DNA from: Somniosus microcephalus | Lineage: Eukaryota | DNA: 64,000 nt | NCBI GenBank assembly: GCA_052327205.1 | Contig: CM126204.1 | Location: forward strand, 148,118,001 to 148,182,000 | Direction: 5' to 3' | Shown here: piece after piece, positions 37,380 through 50,115 of the stretch | Position numbering within the stretch: the stretch's first letter is position 1 | How the letters are laid out: every line of letters starts with the position of its first letter | Notes under the pieces: model-generated | Database searches by the model: none | What the model was told of the DNA's origin: nothing | The model's input: the letters and a program-made list of their open reading frames with translations, nothing else | Translations under genes and position numbers: made by a program

Positions 37380-39470
37380 ACCCACAGACTAGTCAAGCAA
37401 CAGCACGACAGTCATACGCTCAGAATCATACCTTTCAACCAACACCCCAGACTCAAACCATCATCCCTGGGTATGTCCCGCCCCGCCGGCAGGATAGACC
37501 TACCAGTGGTGGCGGCATAGTGGTATACAGCTGGGAGCCCTCAACGTTGACTCCGGACACCATGAAGTCTCATGGCATCAAGTCAAACATGGGCAAGGAA
37601 ACATCCTGCTGAATACCACCTGAAGCACAGAGTAGCATGGGCACAGAATGTACTCTGGGTGGGGGACTTCAATGTCATCACCAAGAGTGGCTCGGTAACA
37701 CCACTACTGAGAGTTGACCGAGTTCTGAAGAACATAGCTGCCAGACTGAGCCTGTGGCAGGTGGTGAGAGAACCAAAATGAGGAAAAAACCTGCTTGACC
37801 TCGTCCTCACCAATCTACCCGTCGCAGATGCATCTGTCTATGACAGTATTGGTAGAAGTGACCACCACATAGTCCTTGTGGAGACAAAATTCCATCTTCA
37901 CACTGAGGATACCCTCCATCGTGTTGTGTGGCACTACCACCATGCTAAATGGGATAGATTCAGAACAGGTCTAGCAGCTCAAAACTGGGCATCCATGAGG
38001 CGCTGTGGGCCATCAGCAGCAGCAGAATTGTATTCCGCCACAATCTGTAACCTCATGGCACAGCATATCCCTCACTCTACCGTTACCATTAAGCCAGACG
38101 ACCAGCCCTGGTTCAATGAGGAGTGTAGAAGCACCAGGCGAACCCGAAAAGGAGGTGCCAACCTGGTGAAGCTGCAACACAGGACTACAAACATGCTAAA
38201 CAGCGGAAGCAACACGCTATGCTCAGAGGCAAGTGATCCCACAACCAACAGATCAGATCAAAGGTCTGCACTCCTGCCACATCCAGTTATGAATGGTGGA
38301 CAATGAAACAAGGGGAGGAGGTGGCTCAATGAATATCCTCATCCTCAATGATGGCAGAGCCCAGCACGTGAGTGCAAAAGACAAGGCTGAAGCGTTTGGA
38401 ACCATGAAGTGCTGACTGGAGGATCCACCCCGGCCTACTCCAGAGGTCCCCAGCATCACAGAAGCTAGCCTTCAGCCAATTCAATTCACTCCGCATGACA
38501 TCAAGAAACAGCTGAGTGCACTGGATACAGCAAAGGCCAAGGGCCCCGACAACATTCCGGCCAGTGCTGAAGACTTGTACTCCAGAACTAGCCGCGCCAC
38601 TAGCCAAGCTATTTCAGTACAGCTACAACACTGGCATCTACCAGACAGTGGAAAATTGCCCAGGTATGTCCTGCCACAGAAGGCAGGACTAATCCAATCC
38701 AGCCAATTAGCACCCTATCAGTCTACTCTCAATCATCAAAGTGATGGAAGGGGTTGTTGAGTAAGTGTCGTTTGACACCGTCATCAATAATCTGCGCACC
38801 AATGCTTAGTTTGGGTTCCGCCAGGACCACTTGGCTCCAGACCTCATTACAGACTTGATCAAGACATAAACAAAAGAGCTGAATTCCAGAGGTGAGGCGA
38901 GAGTGACTGTCCTCGACATCAAGGCAACATTTGACCTGGTGCAGCATCAAGGAGCCCAAGTAAAACTGAAGCCAATGGGAATCAAGTGTAAAACTCTCCA
39001 CTGGCTGGAGTCATACCTAGCACAAAGAAAGATGGTTGCGGTTGCTGGAGGCCATTTGTCACAGCCCCAGGGCATCACTGCAGGAGTTCTTCAAGGTAGT
39101 GTGCTAGGACCCCCAACCATTTTCAGCCGCTTCATTACTGACCTTTTGATCAGCCATGATCTCATTGAAAGGCGGAACAGGTTCAAGGGGATAAATGGCC
39201 TACTCCTGTTCCTATGTTCCTTCAATCAGAAGGTCAGAAGTGGAGACATTCGCTGATGATTGCATAGTGTTCAGTTCCATTCACAACTCCTCCGATAATA
39301 AAGCAGTCCGTGCCCACATGCAGCAAGACCAGGACAACATTCAGGCTTGGGCTAATAAGAGGCAAGTAACATTCACACCACACAAGTTCTAGGCAATGAC
39401 TATTTCCAACAAGAGAGAATCTAACCACCCCCATGACATTCAATGGCACTACCAGCAACGCCCACATCCA
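37380..39470 (+). mobile_element. Degraded CR1-group LINE of a distinct lineage (endonuclease plus RT) with a small CR1 tail nested at ~39147-39220
   Basis: RQDRPTSGGG, WVGDFNV, LDLVLTN, SDH, PWF, KAKGPDNI, LDIKATFD, GVLQGSVLGP and FADD. Confidence 0.85.
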
Positions 39471-41363
39471 GTGAATAAAAAGAGATTTTCTTTTAAATTG
39501 TAAATGCTTTTAGTTACAGTATGTCTTAATTCACTGGTCTAATGCACATAGCTATATAGCCCGGGCACTGTGCAAAAGTGATGTAAAGTTGTTGACAATG
39601 CCCGAAACCGGCATTTTCGGCGTCCCCACGGGTGTGTACACACGCGTAGGGATCGGAATATCTGACCCATTATGTTTTAAAGAAACCAAAGTTGAATTTG
39701 TAAGAATCAATACTATCTGCTTCCATCTTCTCCCTAGGGACCATGTTCCGTAGATTTACCACTCGCTCACAAAATCTTTCCAGATTAGTTCTGAATTTAC
39801 CCCCTTTCGACTGCAGGCGGTGTCCTCTGGTTCTACTCTTCCTTTTGATCTAGACAGGCCTCTCATTATTCAATAGGTTGAAACCTGTACTCTCAAGTCA
39901 GTATACCATAGTACTTCACGATGAAGCAGGAGTTGAAACTCAGAGCTTCATTTCATCTTTCAGGTTACAAAATATCAAATTTGCATCAGGTTTTTTATCC
40001 AATTCCCCTTCCATGTCACAGACATATTATACTTAAACTAATGCAATAATCCACCTCTTGTTCCCCATTACTCACGGGCCCACCATAAATCGAGGTGAAT
40101 GCAATAATCTTGCCTCACATTTAGGCAGGTCATATTGACTGGTACTCCAATTTTCATTAGTTATAGACAGTTAACACTTTGGTGGGTTTTAGATGAGGCC
40201 GAGCAGACAAATTATAGTTTGATTTATTAGCTCTGCAATTATCTAACTTAGTCCACTATGATTGCAAATGCAAGTTGATAATCCTAGTAGTCACTGAAAG
40301 AGAGAACACTTCACAGAACTCCCTTCCAGCCTCTTCATAACACAAGTGAAGATCAGTTTTAAAACTTAAACAATTATTTTTATTTGAAAAATAACCCAAT
40401 CTTCCAATGCTGCTTCAACAAATAAAACTTCTTCTGCACAAAATAATTCTAATGCCAGAGCAACTTGGGTTCCATTAGTTAGAATATGTAGTGCCTGCAT
40501 GGCTAGAAGTTAAGAGTATCAAAACATTTAGACTTTTAAAAAATATATTGCTCAGACAGTTGTTTTTATTTTAGAAGATTGACTAATAAAGCAAAAAAAA
40601 ATGCAGAATTCTGCTACTGTCACAACATTAATTTTTCATGTTATGCAAGTTGGTAGCACTTTACCTTGGGAGTCAGAAACTCATGGGTTGAAGCCCCATT
40701 GCTGATTTCAGCATATAATCTTGGCCAACAGTTAGTGCAGTTCCAAAAGTGATTCATTGGATGAGGACTTAAGCACCAATAAAGAAATAACTTGCCTTTA
40801 TGTAAGTGGCACAAGGAAATACAGCTGAAAATAACTGACAGAAGCAGACATCTCAGAAAATTGATGCTATGATATCTGAGAACTGAAAGTCTGGAGAATG
40901 CAAAGTGGAGTGCTATGGCAAGATCCAAAGTCTTTTGTGCTCTAAAGCTATACTCCAACAAACCTGGTTTCATAGAGGGTTAGCAAGGCAATAACACTAA
41001 GGGAAGAAAGGTCCCCACACAAGTAAAAGTGTTTACAGTTTCACTGCTATTATTATGCAAGCTCCTCTTGGAGCGACACAATGTTAAAATATCGACACAC
41101 AACTCAGTAGTTTCTAAACATCATGCGCAAATACCACTCCAGTTCCATTGTGAGGTTGGATTACTCACGGGCAATTCTCTCAAATCTGTAGAAAATAGAT
41201 CCCAGTTTGACCAATGAATATCGTCAACCTCATTCAGTTCACTGGTCTTAATTTCATTGCATATGGCAGTTACAATTAGCATCTCCTAACAATCAAGTCC
41301 AGGTTTGATGTTCTGAACAGTCTTAATTGAGCGTTAAAATTTAAATTAACAAAAATAGTTTAC

Positions 41364-41487
41364 CTAAATCTGGATTTCTTGAACTTCTTCTTGGATATGG
41401 AAACTGGAGGTTTCTCAGAATAGTGTAACCTCAAACGAATTTCACTTTGGCAAGTTAACCACCCAGAATCCAATTTCTCAACACCAT
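41364..41487 (-). CDS. GPCPD1: GPCPD1 exon 7 (NGVEKLDSGWLTCQSEIRLRLHYSEKPPVSISKKKFKKSRFR)
   Basis: Near-identical to the recalled vertebrate GPCPD1 segment; AG/GT boundaries; 124 nt. Confidence 0.96.
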
Positions 41488-41699
41488 CTATAAACACAAA
41501 TCAAGTTATTCAGTTTATGTCCATTAAAAAATAAATTCTACAAAATCTTCCAAATACAGTATCAGCATACATTTTGGAACACTGCTAATTAACTATCACA
41601 TAGAAACATAGAAGATAGGAGCAGGAGTAGGCCATTCGGCCCCTCGAGCCTGCTCCGCCATTCAACGAGATCATGGCTGATCATCCAAACCCTAGCACC

Positions 41700-41980
41700 C
41701 GGTCCCTACACTGACAGCCATCCCACACAAGCCCTATCCCCGTAACCCCATAACCCCACGTATTTAATCCCCCCAAACACTAAGGGCCAATTTTTTTTAT
41801 CATGGCCAGTCAACCTAACCCGCACATCTTTGGACTGTGGGAGGAAACCGGAGCACCCGGAGAAAACCCACGCAAACACGGGGAGAATGTGCAAACTCCA
41901 CACAGTCGCCCGAGGCCGGATTTGAACCCGGGTCTCTGGCGCTGAGGGGCAACAGTGCTAACCACTATGCCACCGTGCTG
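41700..41980 (-). mobile_element. tRNA-derived V-SINE (HE1-like), adjacent to a CR1-type tail at 41598-41690
   Basis: Pol III A/B boxes (ggtggcatagtggttagc; gggttcaaatcc) and a V-domain-like core gtggagtttgcacattctccccgtg...ctccggtttcctcccacagtccaaaga. Confidence 0.85.
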
Positions 41981-42494
41981 CTCCACAGACCGTTTGTGTG
42001 CGCAGGATTTTTGCACAGCATTACATTCTGGTTGAGCCAGGTTATTATACTCCAGTATCAGTGACAGCACAGTGAATCTTTTATTAGTGTCAAATAACAG
42101 AAGCTAACAGGTTAGTGCTCTGGTAACTCTAATCAGTTAGATTCCAAAACATGTTACAGGGAAGAATTGTTGCACATTGTCTTTATAAAAATTACTAACA
42201 TAAATTACACTGTTAAAAACATAAAACTAAAATCTAGAAGAAAAAACAGTCAATCGTAACAACAGATTGTAGGTCTTCTTTCAGAATGCACTGAGGCTTC
42301 ACAACAAAAATCCAATCTGTCTCTCTCACTGTGTACCCTCAGTAGAATCCCTCATCTGATCATCCACACTCTCCAATCTTAATAAAATGAATTTGGGTTG
42401 CTGTTAAAAAAGCCAGTGGGCTAATTTCATAGAAGGGACTAAAAAGAAGCTAGTGGACAAATGACATAGAAGAGACAGAACAACTTAATTTTGT

Positions 42495-42920
42495 CAGCCT
42501 TAGCTCAGCTGTAGCACGCTCACCTCCATCAGAAAATTGTGGGTTCACGCCTCACTTCTAAGATTTCAGCACATAATCTAGGTCGACACTTCAGTGCTGT
42601 ACTGTGGAGGTGCTGTCTTTCAGATGCAATGTTAAACTGAGGTCATACCTGCCCTCTGAGATGGACATAAAAGATCCCATGGCACGATGGAGTTCTCCCC
42701 AGTGTCCTAGCCAACATTTGTCAACCAACATTAAAAAAAACATTTCCTGGTCATTGATCTCATTGCTGTTTGTGGGACTTCACTGTGCACAAATTGCCTG
42801 CCACATTTCCCTACATTACAAAATTGATTACACTTACAGAAATACTTAATTGGCTGTGAGTAGCTTTGGGATGCCCTGAGGTTATAAAAGGTGTTTTATA
42901 AATGCAAGATCTTCCTTTTC
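42495..42920 (+). mobile_element. Same SINE family copy
   Basis: Shares head, core and tail with 11858-12272. Confidence 0.8.
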
Positions 42921-42999
42921 TTCTAAATTTGGTCTGGAAAAGTCTCTGATGTAATAATTTAAAACTTACATCTTCAACACAATTTTCTAGATAGTGATT

Positions 43000-44800
43000 C
43001 TATCTGATGTATCCTTATTCACACCATACTCTAAGACAACTTGACATAGATAGTAGAGTTGAGGAAGTGCTAACAAGGTGTCTAAAATAACTACTGTTGT
43101 TGTTCATGTGGGGACAAATGACATTTTGGAGAGTTGGCCAGAAATCATGAAGCACAGATCATAAAAAGATGGTACAGTACATAACATTAAATGATATGGG
43201 CTTCAGGGAGGGATGAGAATCTGCAGCTACGCAATCAAACTAAGAGCCAACGAAGGGAAGCTAATACAGATGAGAGTTTTCAATTATCCAGGAACAAACA
43301 ATGAGCAAGCACAAGAGGTAGGAGGCCCCCAAAGAGGCATTAATAATAAACAGTGGCTTTTTAATTTATCATGTAGAGACTAGTGCCAGCGGAGACAATA
43401 TATTGGATTTAGTATTTAGTAATAGCTTATTGGGTTACCCAGAGGTAGGGGAGAATCGTGCAGAATCAGATTGCTGGTGTCACATTTTAAAAGACTCAAT
43501 TTAGAGATATGCAAATAGCAGCAGTTAAGTGAGAGAGGGAGCCGAGTGCAGAATACTCCAATGCACAAAAAGGAGATACTTTTTTTTAAATCCTGAAAGG
43601 AAAAGCTTATACATCTTAATAAAAAGGGAGTATACAATGAAAAAATCCACAACAGCTACATGTGGAAACCAGCCCATAAGGAGGTATAGATATAGGAGTA
43701 ATAAACACACTAGTCATTTAGATAAGGAAAGGCACAAAAAAGTTAATGTTCTCAAAGGAAAGTATTGGGAAAACAAATTATTTCAACAGGAGGATAGTAG
43801 AAAGGAGTCACGACAATGGAAAGGTATCTTTTAGTTATTTTAAGAGTCAAAGTTCAGTTAAGGGCAAATAAAACAATTAAAGGATGACTTGAGGAAGATT
43901 ATAAATCATGACAAGGCACAGCAGAAGCAATGAACTGTTAATTTGTATTTTTTTTTTCCCTAATTGAGAGAAGGTTAGATCTGCCCCTTGCCTAGCAAAT
44001 AGGACTAAAACCTAGGTAGATCATTTGCACATCACAAACAAAATGGTACTAGCTAAATTAAATGGGTCAAGGTAGGAAAAGCAGCTGGGCCAGACTTAAT
44101 TTTTCCTAGGGCGCTGAAAGAAATGGCAGGGGTTTTGTGTGAAGCCCTGATGAATATTTTCCAAACGCTCATTGGAACGGAGACAGTGCCATATGATTAG
44201 AAAAAAACCAGGTGGTCCCCTTTTTTAAAAAAGTTAAAAAAGTCAAAGTGTGAATTATAGACGCGAGTCTTACTTCTGCAGTGGAGAAATTGATGGGAAA
44301 GGCCGATAAGGGATGCTATAAATAAGCATTTAGAATGAAAAGGGTTATGGCAGCTAAGAGGTCCTGTTCTGAAGAGGGACTAGAATGGTGAATCAAGGAG
44401 ATCCAGTGGACACGGTTTACTTAAATTTCCCCCCAAAAAAACTTGATAAAGGTGCTGCATGAGGGATTCTGTGGTTAATTTAGATCTCACGATGTGGTTG
44501 AAGTGAAGTGGAAAAAAATGTCTAATGGGTCATAAACAAAGGGTGTTTCCAAATGGAACAACTTTCCAATGGGGCCCAGTCACAATTGGTTGATCAAATG
44601 CATCAACAACCTGCAGGACAGCATAAGCAGCAGACTACAGTAATTAAATTCATGCACACCACCAAATTATATGGTCGTCAGAAACTTAGAAAAGGGAATA
44701 GATTACAAGTAAGTAGGCCAGAGTTTGGCAAATGGCTTTCAAAATGGACAAGTGTGCAGTTGCACACAAAACAAGGGCGAAGAGTATAGTTAATGGGTTT
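43000..44800 (+). mobile_element. Highly decayed CR1-like LINE
   Basis: Remnants of VVHVGTND (ORF1 esterase-like), LDLV, KAAGPD...PRALKE, and YLNF...DK motifs, with many stops. Confidence 0.55.
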
Positions 44801-45819
44801 AGGGCCTCTTGGAACTTGCCTGATCACCCATGAAGTCAGAGAGGATTTTTTTTTTGGTGGGAGAGGGGGAGGATTTGGTACACGAGGATGAAATCCGCTG
44901 AAGGATGGGGGTGGGTGTGTGAGGGGCCAGCACATATGCGCCTGATAGTCTTCTCTTGTCCTAGATACATAAAAATATATATTGAATTCTACATCTCTCC
45001 TTCTGCAGCAATGGATCACCAGTCCAAGCAACATCAATCATTCAATGGTCCTAGTTCAGGACAATTTGCCAGTTATCATAAGCTCCAATCTGTCTGCATG
45101 TGAAGCACCGAAGGGTTGAAACTTATTTTCAGGGAGCAGGGGTATTGGCCCATGACCAGCTGTAGCCAACAGTATGTCCCGTCTCATTTTTAGTAGTTTC
45201 CTTTAAATTTTGCACTGCAGTCGGTTGCTGAATATATAATTTTTTCCTGCATCATTGTGCCAGTACACCATTAACCTGCAGGTGCTAGTTAATAAAAAGG
45301 ACAAAATATATTGTTGACAGCCAATAAAAATAAATGAAAAGATGCATCCTTCGGAGTGGTAAAGTAACAGTGTACCTCAGTTGCAATACTTTAAATTAAA
45401 ACAATACTGTTTGTTTGTTTTCAGACTTGTCTCTTGTTTTTGATGGTGGTGGTGCTATTAATAAAGGCTGTGCCCTTTGATGAATTGCTTTCGCTCTGGC
45501 AGACCCTTTTTTGATATCTGTTGTGTTGTTCAAGAAAGGTACAAGTCAGTGTGCAAATGCCATTTAGAATGCTTTATTCTGTTTTCATAAAATGCATGGG
45601 TATTTACATTTCAGCAAAAAGGGCCGCTCAATCAACCTATTTCAATTCATACACAATGAATTACGCAATTTATTTTATGGGGGGGTAGGAAATGTAAAGA
45701 TATTTACAAAACCTCTCTTCTGGAATTAACATAGGCCAAGTAGAGTCCACTGTGAAACAGTTAGTACATAATCCATGGAAAGAATAGGCTTCATAGGTCA
45801 AACAATCCTTTGTTATCTC

Positions 45820-46215
45820 AAGTATAGAAGATTGAGGGGTGATCAAATTGAGGTCTTTAAGATTATGAAAGGGTTGGATAGGGTAGACATGGAGAAAATG
45901 TTTCCACTTGTGGGGGGGGGGGGGGGTAGGTATAAATATAAGACGGTCGCTAATAAATCCAATAGGGATTTCAGGAGAACCTTCTTTACCCAAAGAGTGG
46001 CAAGATTGTGGAACTCGCTACCACTAGGAGTAATTGAGGCAAATCGCATTGGTGCATTTAAGAGGAAGATAGATAAGCACGAGGGAGAAAGGGGTAGGAT
46101 ATGTTGATGGGGTTAGATGAAGAGGGGTGGGAGGAGGCTCATGTGGAGCATAAATGCCAGCACAGACCAGTTGGGTTGAATGGCCTGTTTCGGTGCTGTA
46201 GTGGACTCTATGTAA
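45820..46215 (+). mobile_element. CR1 3' end fragment
   Basis: RRLRGDQIEVFKIMKGLDRVD...FFTQRVARLWNSLP. Related short 3' ends occur at ~7935-8290, ~23330-23665, ~26085-26270 and ~52475-52700. Confidence 0.85.
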
Positions 46216-46221
46216 CTATTT

Positions 46222-48037
46222 GTGAAGAGAAAAAGATTGGTGAAGTCAAGCTTAGGTCCTTTGGAGTCAGAATCAGGGGAATTTATAATGGGGAACAAAG
46301 AAATGGCGGACCAATTAAATACATACTTTGGTTCGGTCTTCACAAAGGAGGACACAAATAACCTCCCAGAGATGTCGGGGAACATAGTGTCTAATGAGAG
46401 GGAGGAACTGAATGAAATCAGTATTTGTAGGGAAAAGGCGTTAGGGAAATTGACGGGATTGAAGGCCAATAAATCCCCAGGGCCTGATAATCTACATCCT
46501 AGGGTACTTAAGGAAGTGGCCCTAGAAATAGTAGATGCATTGCTGGTCATCTTCCAAAATTCTACAGATTCTGGAACAGTTCCCATGGATTGGAGGATAG
46601 CTAATGTTACCCCACTGTTCAAAAAAGGTGGTACAGAGAAAACAAGGAATTATAGACCGGTAAGCCGGATATCGGTAGTGGGGAAAATGCTAGAGTCCAT
46701 TATAAAAGATGTAATAGCAGAGCACTTGGAAAACAGTGACAGGATCGGACAAAGTCAACATGGATTTACAAAAGGTAAATCGTGCTCGACTAATCTACTG
46801 GAATTTTTTGAGGATGTAACTGGTAAATAGATAAGGAAGAACCAGTGGATGTGGTGTATTTAGGCTTTCAGAAGGCTTTTGATAAGGTCCTGCATAAGAG
46901 ATTAGCGTGTAAAGTTAAGGCACATGGGATTGGGGGCAAGGTACTGGCTTGGATAGAGAACTGGTTGGCAGACAGAAAGCAAAGAGTTGGAATAAATGGG
47001 TCTTTTTCCGAGTGGCAGGCGGTGACTAGTTGGGGTACCGCAGGGATCGGTCCTTGGACCCCAGCTATTCACAATATATATTAATGATCTAGACAAGGGA
47101 ACTAGATGTAATATCTCCAAGTTTGCGGACGACACAAAGCTGGGTGGGCATGGGAGGAGGATGCCGAGAAACTCCAGTATGATTTGGACAGGTTGGGTGA
47201 TTGGGCAGAAGCATGGCAGATGCAATATTATGTGGATAAATGTGAGGTTATCCACATTGGTGTCAAAAACAGGAAGGCAGATTATCTAAATGGCAATAGA
47301 TTGGGAGAAGGGGAAATGCAACGAGACCTGGGTGTCCTTGTGCACCAGTCGCTGAAGGTAAGCATGCAGGTGCAGCAGGTGGTTAAGGCGGCAAATGATA
47401 TTTTGGCCTTTGTAGCGAGAGGGTTCGAGTACAGGAGCAAGGATGTCTTGCTGCAGTTGTACAGGGCCTTGGTGAAACCGCACCTTGAGTATTGTGTGTA
47501 GTTTTGGTCGCCTTATCTGAGGAAGGATGTTCTTGCCATGGAGGGAGTGCAGCGAAGATTCACCAGACTGATACCTGGGATGGCAGGAATGACGTATGAG
47601 AGATTGGGTCGATTGGGCTTATACTCGCTGGAGTTTAGAAGAATGAGAGGGGATCTCATTGAAATGTATAAAATTCTAACAGGACTAGACAGACTAGATG
47701 CAGGAAGGATGTTCCCGATGGCCGGGGAGTCCAGAACCAGGGGTCAGTCTAAGGATAAGGGGCAAGCCATTTAGGACAGAGATGAGGAGGAATTTCTTCA
47801 CCCAGAGAGTGGTGAACCTGTGGAATTCTCTACCACAGAAGGCAGTAGAGGCCAATTCATTAAATATATTCAAGAAGGAGTTAGATATATTTCTTAAGGC
47901 TGAAGGGATCAAGGGATATGGAGAAAAGGCAGGGACAGGGTACTGAATTTGGATGATCAGCCATGATCTCATTGAATGGCAGAGCAGGCTCCAGGGGCCG
48001 AATGGCCTACTCCTGCTCCTATCTTCTATGTTTCTAT
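46222..48037 (+). mobile_element. 5'-truncated, relatively young CR1 LINE
   Basis: 202-aa open segment (KSPGPDNLHPRVLKE, NYRPVS, QHGFTKGKSC), then FQKAFDKV and FADDTKLGG; 3' UTR ending tcttctatgtttctatg. Confidence 0.94.
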
Positions 48038-49534
48038 GAATACAACTTAAATTCAAGTGTTGCTTTTGTTAAAAGGTGAGTTTTCAAAAGATATAAAAAT
48101 CCACTTTACAGCCAGTGGGACAGAGGTAGGATTAGTAAGTTAACAAGCTCACCCTACACATGAGCAGCCATCAAAACTGGGACAATAGGGTATTTGTTTC
48201 AGACACTTCCAGTAAGCAGTCACACTTGAGGTTAGGAGGATTTGAAATCAAGCATACATAGCCTGTCCTACATTGGGGTAGAGGAGTGGGAGAAACAGAC
48301 AGTGTAATTGGCAGCTCTACTGACCAACAGGAGTGGTCGAAGGTCAAGTCCCCATCCCATTGCCAATGGGCACAAGGAACAGAAAAAAAAAATACATGTT
48401 TAGAATCAGTTCCAAAGGCTCCCAAGTGAGAAGGCAAGTGATTTTTAATTAGAAAGACTGCCAAGATAACTGGTCAGATTTCAGAGAAAGACTGTCCAAG
48501 AAAATTGAATGTTTTCAGCCTGTTAAAAAGAATGTGTCACCAATTTTGTATTATTTTTCTTACTTACGAGGGATTGAAGTTAAGTTGTATTAATTGGAGA
48601 TTTCCTATAACTATTGCTCTGTACATTCACTTATTGACAGCTTAGCAATTCTTATCTGGCCTGGTCTCACTAAAGTGTTACAGTCCACCTTTCAGAGGGG
48701 GACAAGTGTGAGGACCATGATACTGTACCCTGTTCATAAAACAAGGGGTGTCATTAATATTGGGCAATGAAAGCAAACTCATTGAGGTGCACAGATCTAC
48801 TTATGGAAGAACAATGACATGAATGTGAGAGAATATCTTAGAGCAGAAATTTGTAACTCATATTTCTTAATGTAATTGTAGCTGATGTTGAAGTGGTTTC
48901 ATCTATGCAATGGGGAATATGAATAAATGGATAAAAAGAAACACTATTTTGATTAGTGCATGGTATTAACTTAGCAAGGGTCAACTGCGCAATAAGCATT
49001 AGAGAAATATTAAACATATACAAACGAGCATGGTTCACAACCATCACAGCTTGGAATTTCATTCAACAACCAAGACCAAATAAGGATGATGGACTAGAAA
49101 CAAACATATTTACAGATGAACTATCCCAAGAGAAAAGTCAAGCAAATGGTTTCTGAGAAATACACACATGCACAATCCTAAATGCCATGCATCACAACAA
49201 CATCTTATAAAGCATACCCAAAATCACTGGTAGAATATCAGAATATATACCCATTCTGTGCACTACCAAAGTGGTAGGAGCCAAATTCATAGCCACAATG
49301 AGCTTCTGTCTCCACAGTTGTGAGTCCTTCCCAAAAGAAGCCGTGGAAATAAAAGTCCAAGGGCAAGTCCACTTTTGCACACATCCTCAATAGCAACTCA
49401 AAAATGGAAGAACCCTAGACACAGATCATCTATCCACCCTTGTGTTGATGTCAAAAAACAAAAAAAAAAGTTGATAGTGAATCAGGTTGTATTTATTGAA
49501 GAGGACAATAGAACTCCACCAATAATGAGGTTGG

Positions 49535-50115
49535 GGGAGCCCGGCTTTGCCAGGGCGGTTTTGGGCCGGGCGGTTTAAATCGAGTGCCAGGCTTTGGGGC
49601 CCTGTCTGTGTCCCTCTCTCAATCTGCTGCCGGGCAACATTTGTACCTTTTAATACCTTGAAAGATGAAAAGTGAAAGTACTTTAAAAAATAACAACATT
49701 TACCAAAAACGTTTTATAAGAGATACTAACTTTTTCAAAGCTGGATAAGGAGAGTAGTTTGAGCTGGAAGCAGTGAAACAATGGCTGGCACATCCCTGAG
49801 ATGAAAACGATTAGTCCCACCCACACACACACACACACACACACCGATTGGCCAACCATCAGGGGACTGTACTGTAGGATTGGTCAATCGTCAAGGTTCC
49901 ACCAATCCTGTGCCGTCACATCAGTCAATCAATGCTAAGTAGCAGATAATGAGTTTAATTTTGAAGGTTTTTTGCATAAGGCGAACAATTTTCGTCCGAC
50001 CGAAAAGTAAATACGCTTACGACCGTCCCGGAAGCGTAAGCTTTCTTTGGAGGTAACGCGCGCGTAGGTACGCTCTCTATAACTTAGACAGGACAGACTC
50101 CTTTTTAGGTAAGGA
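49535..50115. promoter_or_regulatory. CpG-enriched candidate bidirectional promoter in GPCPD1 intron 6
   Basis: Local CpG clusters in an otherwise CpG-poor region that I do not recognise as a repeat. GGGCGG boxes at ~49553 and ~49568; CCAAT boxes at 49847-49851 (-), 49879-49883 (-) and 49902-49906 (+); TGACG half-CRE (-) at ~49914; ETS CCGGAAG at 50028-50034; outward-facing splice donors on both strands. Confidence 0.6.
49822..49843. repeat. (CA)n microsatellite within the candidate promoter
   Basis: Run of about 11 CA units immediately beside a CCAAT box. Confidence 0.95.

Noticed and set aside
45425-45538. Plus-strand segment bounded by a good acceptor (ttttcag) and a donor (aag|gtacaa)
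   Set aside because: Stops in all three frames and no linked exons; could only be a non-coding exon, which the sequence alone cannot support.
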